Of a stretch of DNA of 64,000 nt, positions 60,445-64,000 are shown one piece after another. Each line of letters starts with the position of its first letter. The stretch's first letter is position 1. A model generated the notes under the pieces. That model was not told the DNA's origin. It worked only from the letters and a program-made list of their open reading frames with translations, and searched no databases. A program made the translations under genes and the position numbers. This DNA comes from an uncultured delta proteobacterium (lineage in GTDB: Bacteria; Myxococcota_A; Polyangia; Polyangiales; Polyangiaceae), in contig CAWAIF010000003.1 of the NCBI GenBank assembly GCA_963782055.1, positions 2,144,001 through 2,208,000 on the forward strand, given 5' to 3'.

Positions 60445-60742
60445 GGTTCCTCCTGCGGCGCGAACGCGCCCTGCGAGTGCGGTGCGGTGGTACGGGGGGG
60501 TGGGGGAGATCCTTCCCCCTGGGGAGCGCGGGAGGGAGCGCGAGGGGCGGGGGCGAGCGTGGCAGGGAGCGCGAGCGCGGGGGCGGGGGCGAGCGCCCGG
60601 GGGGGTTGGGTGCGGACGGCGCGCACGGCGCCGGACTGGGAGGACCCTTGCAGTCGAGCGGGGAGGCGGAAATCAGGGGGGGATGGGGTCGGGGGCGGGT
60701 GAGTTGACCCGTCTCTGGGCGCGTGGGATCTCTGCGTCTCCC

Positions 60743-60818
60743 GGGCGAGTGGCGGAACAGGCAGACGCGCCGGTTTTAAAAACTGGTCTTGATGCGGGTT
60801 CGAATCCCGCCTCGCCCA
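60743..60818 (+). tRNA. tRNA-Leu (anticodon UAA), short variable region, CCA not fully encoded
   Basis: Acceptor stem GGGCGAG/CTCGCCC + A73; D-arm GCG-GAACAGGCAGA-CGC; anticodon arm CCGGT-TTTAAAA-ACTGG; T-arm GCGGG-TTCGAAT-CCCGC. Confidence 0.9.
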
Positions 60819-60996
60819 CCTGAGCTGGCGGCCGCTCGGCCCACCCCACCGGAGCCGCCGGGGCGGCCCGGAAAGGCCGGAGCGCTCAATCCGCGGGGGC
60901 CCACCCGGGCGAGAGCACCCCGGCGAGAGCACCGTCCCGCGCGGATGAAGGGGCCGCTCGCCCCCCGGTTCGCGTTCGCGAACCGCGCCCGCTCGG

Positions 60997-61701
60997 CTAG
61001 TAGCGCTCCTTCGGCTCGTCCTTGGAGATGACCTCCACCTTCGGGAGGACCTCCTTCACGAAGCGGTCGCGCACCTCGGTCGCGCGCTCGCTGTCGCCGT
61101 CGCGCACGGGCACCGCCACGCCGACAATCAGGCACGCGTTGTTCCACGCCGGGTACACCCCGTACGCCGCCGCGTCCTCCCCCTGCTCCACGAGCGTCTC
61201 CGCCTTGGCGTAGACGCTCTCGATGTCCACGATGTGCGTCGTCTTGTCGCTCGCGCTGGCGTGCCACGCCGTCGCGGTGGGTGGATCGCGGTGGATGTCG
61301 ATGTCGTAGGCGTCGATCAGGGGCATCGCCCAGTTCTCGAAGCTCTTGCTGCACGCCTCCGGCACGGAGTTGTCCTCCACGTGCGTGACGTACCCCGCGA
61401 CCACCGCGTGATGCCCCTGGCCGTAGCGGAAGCCCATCAGCGTCGGGATGCCCCAGAACTTCACGCGCATCCAGTGGTTGGCGTCGGGCAGGGGGATGCG
61501 GACGCTGTTCTGCCGGTCCACCCGTTCCCCCAGCGGCGCCAGCTTGAGCTGCTCCAGCGCCGCCGCGTGCTCCGCGCCGCCGTTGCCGCCCTCCGCGGGG
61601 CGGCCGTCGTCCTTGGGCGGCGAGGCGGCCACGACGATGTGCGTGGTGCCCCCGGAGGAGCAGCCCAGCAGGCACAGCGTCAGCCCGAGCCACCGTCGCA
61701 T
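60997..61701 (-). CDS. Hypothetical lipoprotein
   Basis: MRRWLGLTLCLLGC lipobox; coding bias; HWMRVKFW, GFRYG..HHAV. Confidence 0.8.
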   Translation of the reverse strand: MRRWLGLTLCLLGCSSGGTTHIVVAASPPKDDGRPAEGGNGGAEHAAALEQLKLAPLGERVDRQNSVRIPLPDANHWMRVKFWGIPTLMGFRYGQGHHAVVAGYVTHVEDNSVPEACSKSFENWAMPLIDAYDIDIHRDPPTATAWHASASDKTTHIVDIESVYAKAETLVEQGEDAAAYGVYPAWNNACLIVGVAVPVRDGDSERATEVRDRFVKEVLPKVEVISKDEPKERY

Positions 61702-61853
61702 GGCATTTATGATGGACGAAAACGGCAAAGGTTCCATCCAAAGTGCGCGCATGAGCCGCGCGGGCCGCTTTCGGTCGCGCTGCGCGGAGAATTGCGCTAA
61801 ACGAAGCCGCACGCGCGGGCGGCGCTCCTTCCCCGCCCGGCGAGGAGCGCCCA

Positions 61854-63671
61854 ATGATCTCCATCGCCAACTCGGCCGGTAAGCCCGTCACCATCAAGAA
61901 CCCCAACCTGGCCAAGTGGGTCCAGGAGACCGCCGCCCTCACCAAGCCCGATCACGTCGTGCTGTGTGACGGCTCGGAGGACGAGCGTCACCGGCTGACC
62001 GAGCTCGCCCTGTCGACGGGGGTCCTGCTCCCGCTCAACCAGGAGAAGCTCCCCGGCTGCTACCTCCACCGTAGCAACCCCAACGACGTGGCGCGCGTCG
62101 AGGGCCTCACCTTCATCTGCACCCCCACCAAGGACGAGGCGGGGCCGATGAACAACTGGATGGCCCCGGACGACGCCTACGCCAAGCTGGGCAAGCTCTT
62201 CGACGGCTCGATGAAGGGCCGCACCATGTACGTCATCCCGTACGTGATGGGCCCCCTCGGCTCGCGCCACGCCAAGATGGGCGTGGAGATCACCGACAGC
62301 GTCTACGTGGCGCTGAACATGCGCATCATGACGCGCATGGGGCAGCCCGCGCTGGACATGCTCGGCCCCGAGTCCAACGACTTCAACCGCGGCCTGCACT
62401 CGGTGCTCGATTGCAACCCGGAGCGCCGCTTCATCTGCCACTTCCCGCAGGACAACACCATCTGGAGCATCGGCTCCGGGTACGGCGGCAACGTCCTGCT
62501 CGGCAAGAAGTGCCTGGCGCTGCGCATCGGCAGCTACCTCGGCAACAAGGAGGGCTGGCTCGCCGAGCACATGCTCATCCTGGGCGTGGAGAGCCCCGAG
62601 GGCGAGATGACCTACGTCGCCGCCGCCTTCCCCAGCGCGTGCGGCAAGACGAACTTCGCCATGATGATCCCGCCGCCCCGCTTCAAGGGGTGGAAGATCT
62701 GGACCGTCGGCGACGACATCGCGTGGATGCGCGTCGGCGACGACGGCCGCCTCTACGCCGTCAACCCGGAGGCGGGCTACTTCGGCGTCGCGCCGGGCAC
62801 CAGCCACAAGTCCAACCCCAACGCCATGAAGACGGTGATGAAGGACACCATCTTCACCAACGTGGCGCTCACCAAGGACGGCGACGTCTGGTGGGAGGGC
62901 AAGGACGGCGAGGTCCCCGACGAGCTCACCGACTGGCAGGGCCGCCCCTGGAAGAAGGGCGTGTCCAAGGAGAAGGCGGCGCACCCCAACGCGCGCTTCA
63001 CCGCGCCGGCGGCGAACAACCCGGTCAAGTCGCGCTTCGCCGACGACCCGGAGGGCGTGCCCATCAGCGCCATCATCTTCGGCGGGCGCCGGGCCACCAC
63101 CGTGCCGCTGGTCATGCAGGCGTTCAACTGGACGCACGGCGTGTTCCTCGGCGCCACCCTCGGCTCGGAGACGACGGCCGCGGCCACCGGCAAGGTCGGC
63201 GTCGTGCGCCGCGACCCGATGGCGATGCTCCCCTTCGTTGGCTACAACATGGGCGACTACTTCGCGCACTGGCTGGAGATGCAGTCGCACATCGCCTACC
63301 CGCCGAAGATGTTCATGGTGAACTGGTTCCGCCAGGACGACGACGGCAAGTTCCTCTGGCCCGGGTACGGCGAGAACATGCGCGTCCTCAAGTGGGTCGT
63401 CGACCGCGCGCGCCTTCGCGTCGGCGGCCAGGAGACGCCCTTCGGCTGGGTCCCCAAGTCGGGCGATCTCGACCTCTCCGGCCTGGACATCGAGCACGAC
63501 CGCGTCGACGAGGCGACCGCCATCGACATGGACGAGTGGCGCACCGAGCTGGAGTCGCAGGGCGAGCTCTTCGCCAAGATCGGGTCCAGCATGCCACGCT
63601 CCCTGGAGCTGCAGCGCGAGCTGTTCCTCTCCCGCATCGAGAGCCTGCACGGCAAGTGGGTGGTGCGCTGA
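61854..63671 (+). CDS. pckG: Phosphoenolpyruvate carboxykinase (GTP)
   Basis: [72 protein letters not shown]. Confidence 0.97.
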   Translation: MISIANSAGKPVTIKNPNLAKWVQETAALTKPDHVVLCDGSEDERHRLTELALSTGVLLPLNQEKLPGCYLHRSNPNDVARVEGLTFICTPTKDEAGPMNNWMAPDDAYAKLGKLFDGSMKGRTMYVIPYVMGPLGSRHAKMGVEITDSVYVALNMRIMTRMGQPALDMLGPESNDFNRGLHSVLDCNPERRFICHFPQDNTIWSIGSGYGGNVLLGKKCLALRIGSYLGNKEGWLAEHMLILGVESPEGEMTYVAAAFPSACGKTNFAMMIPPPRFKGWKIWTVGDDIAWMRVGDDGRLYAVNPEAGYFGVAPGTSHKSNPNAMKTVMKDTIFTNVALTKDGDVWWEGKDGEVPDELTDWQGRPWKKGVSKEKAAHPNARFTAPAANNPVKSRFADDPEGVPISAIIFGGRRATTVPLVMQAFNWTHGVFLGATLGSETTAAATGKVGVVRRDPMAMLPFVGYNMGDYFAHWLEMQSHIAYPPKMFMVNWFRQDDDGKFLWPGYGENMRVLKWVVDRARLRVGGQETPFGWVPKSGDLDLSGLDIEHDRVDEATAIDMDEWRTELESQGELFAKIGSSMPRSLELQRELFLSRIESLHGKWVVR

Positions 63672-63725
63672 GATCGCCGGCTCGCGCCGCTTGGCGCGCG
63701 CCTCCCGCCGTCGTCTAATCGGGCC

Positions 63726-64000
63726 GTGCCCGAGCTCCCGGACGTCACCGTCTACATCGAACGCATCTCCGAGCGCACCCTCGGCCAGCCGCTGGAGAAG
63801 GTGCGCCTGGCGAGCCCCTTCGTCCTGCGCACCGCGGTCCCGCCCATCCGCGAGGCGGAGGGCAAGCGCGTGCTCGGCCTGCGCCGCATGGGCAAGCGCA
63901 TCGTCCTCGCGCTGGAGGGCGAGCTCTTCCTCGTCATCCACCTGATGGTGGCGGGGCGCTTCCGCTGGGAGGACCGCGGGAAGAAGGTGCCGGCCAAGGT
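63726..64000 (+). CDS. Fpg/Nei family DNA glycosylase/AP lyase, 3' truncated by window edge
   Basis: GTG start then PELPDV (catalytic Pro2/Glu3), RRMGKRI and IHLMVAGR. Missing from the ORF track because there is no stop in the window. Confidence 0.9.
   Translation, partial: MPELPDVTVYIERISERTLGQPLEKVRLASPFVLRTAVPPIREAEGKRVLGLRRMGKRIVLALEGELFLVIHLMVAGRFRWEDRGKKVPAK

Noticed and set aside
60821..60996. Integrated element or att site downstream of the tRNA; short GGCGAGAGCACC duplication
   Set aside because: No integrase and no duplicated tRNA 3' end in the window. The 12-bp repeat is unremarkable at this GC content.

Overview
High-GC (roughly 70% or more by eye) bacterial chromosomal DNA with about 60 genes. 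The gene content points to a myxobacterium of the Polyangiaceae/Sorangiineae type: FHA-GAF sigma-54 activator, Ser/Thr kinase-AAA-TPR, PEGA/TPR protein, many Cys-rich 'DAG'-linker lipoproteins and pilC/pilS. Housekeeping genes include lepB, gpsA, mutS2, glpK, a ppiD-like gene, an isocitrate dehydrogenase family gene, pckG and a 5' part of an fpg/nei gene, plus one tRNA-Leu(UAA). I found no CRISPR array, rRNA, integrase or transposase. The best candidate for an undescribed system is a coupled two-gene islet at 16063-18853. It pairs a DUF262 (GmrSD/SspE-like) protein with an apparently degenerate HNH region and a full-length HipA kinase with no adjacent hipB, suggesting a sensor-kinase defence or toxin-antitoxin module. 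Other notable signals: four frameshifts all at or beside GATC (a possible DNA-modification footprint in the sequencing data), a hybrid histidine kinase with two in-frame internal deletions, a tRNA-Leu with a shortened variable arm, and a recurring leaderless -10 signature. All family calls come from motif recognition by eye; no database searches were run.
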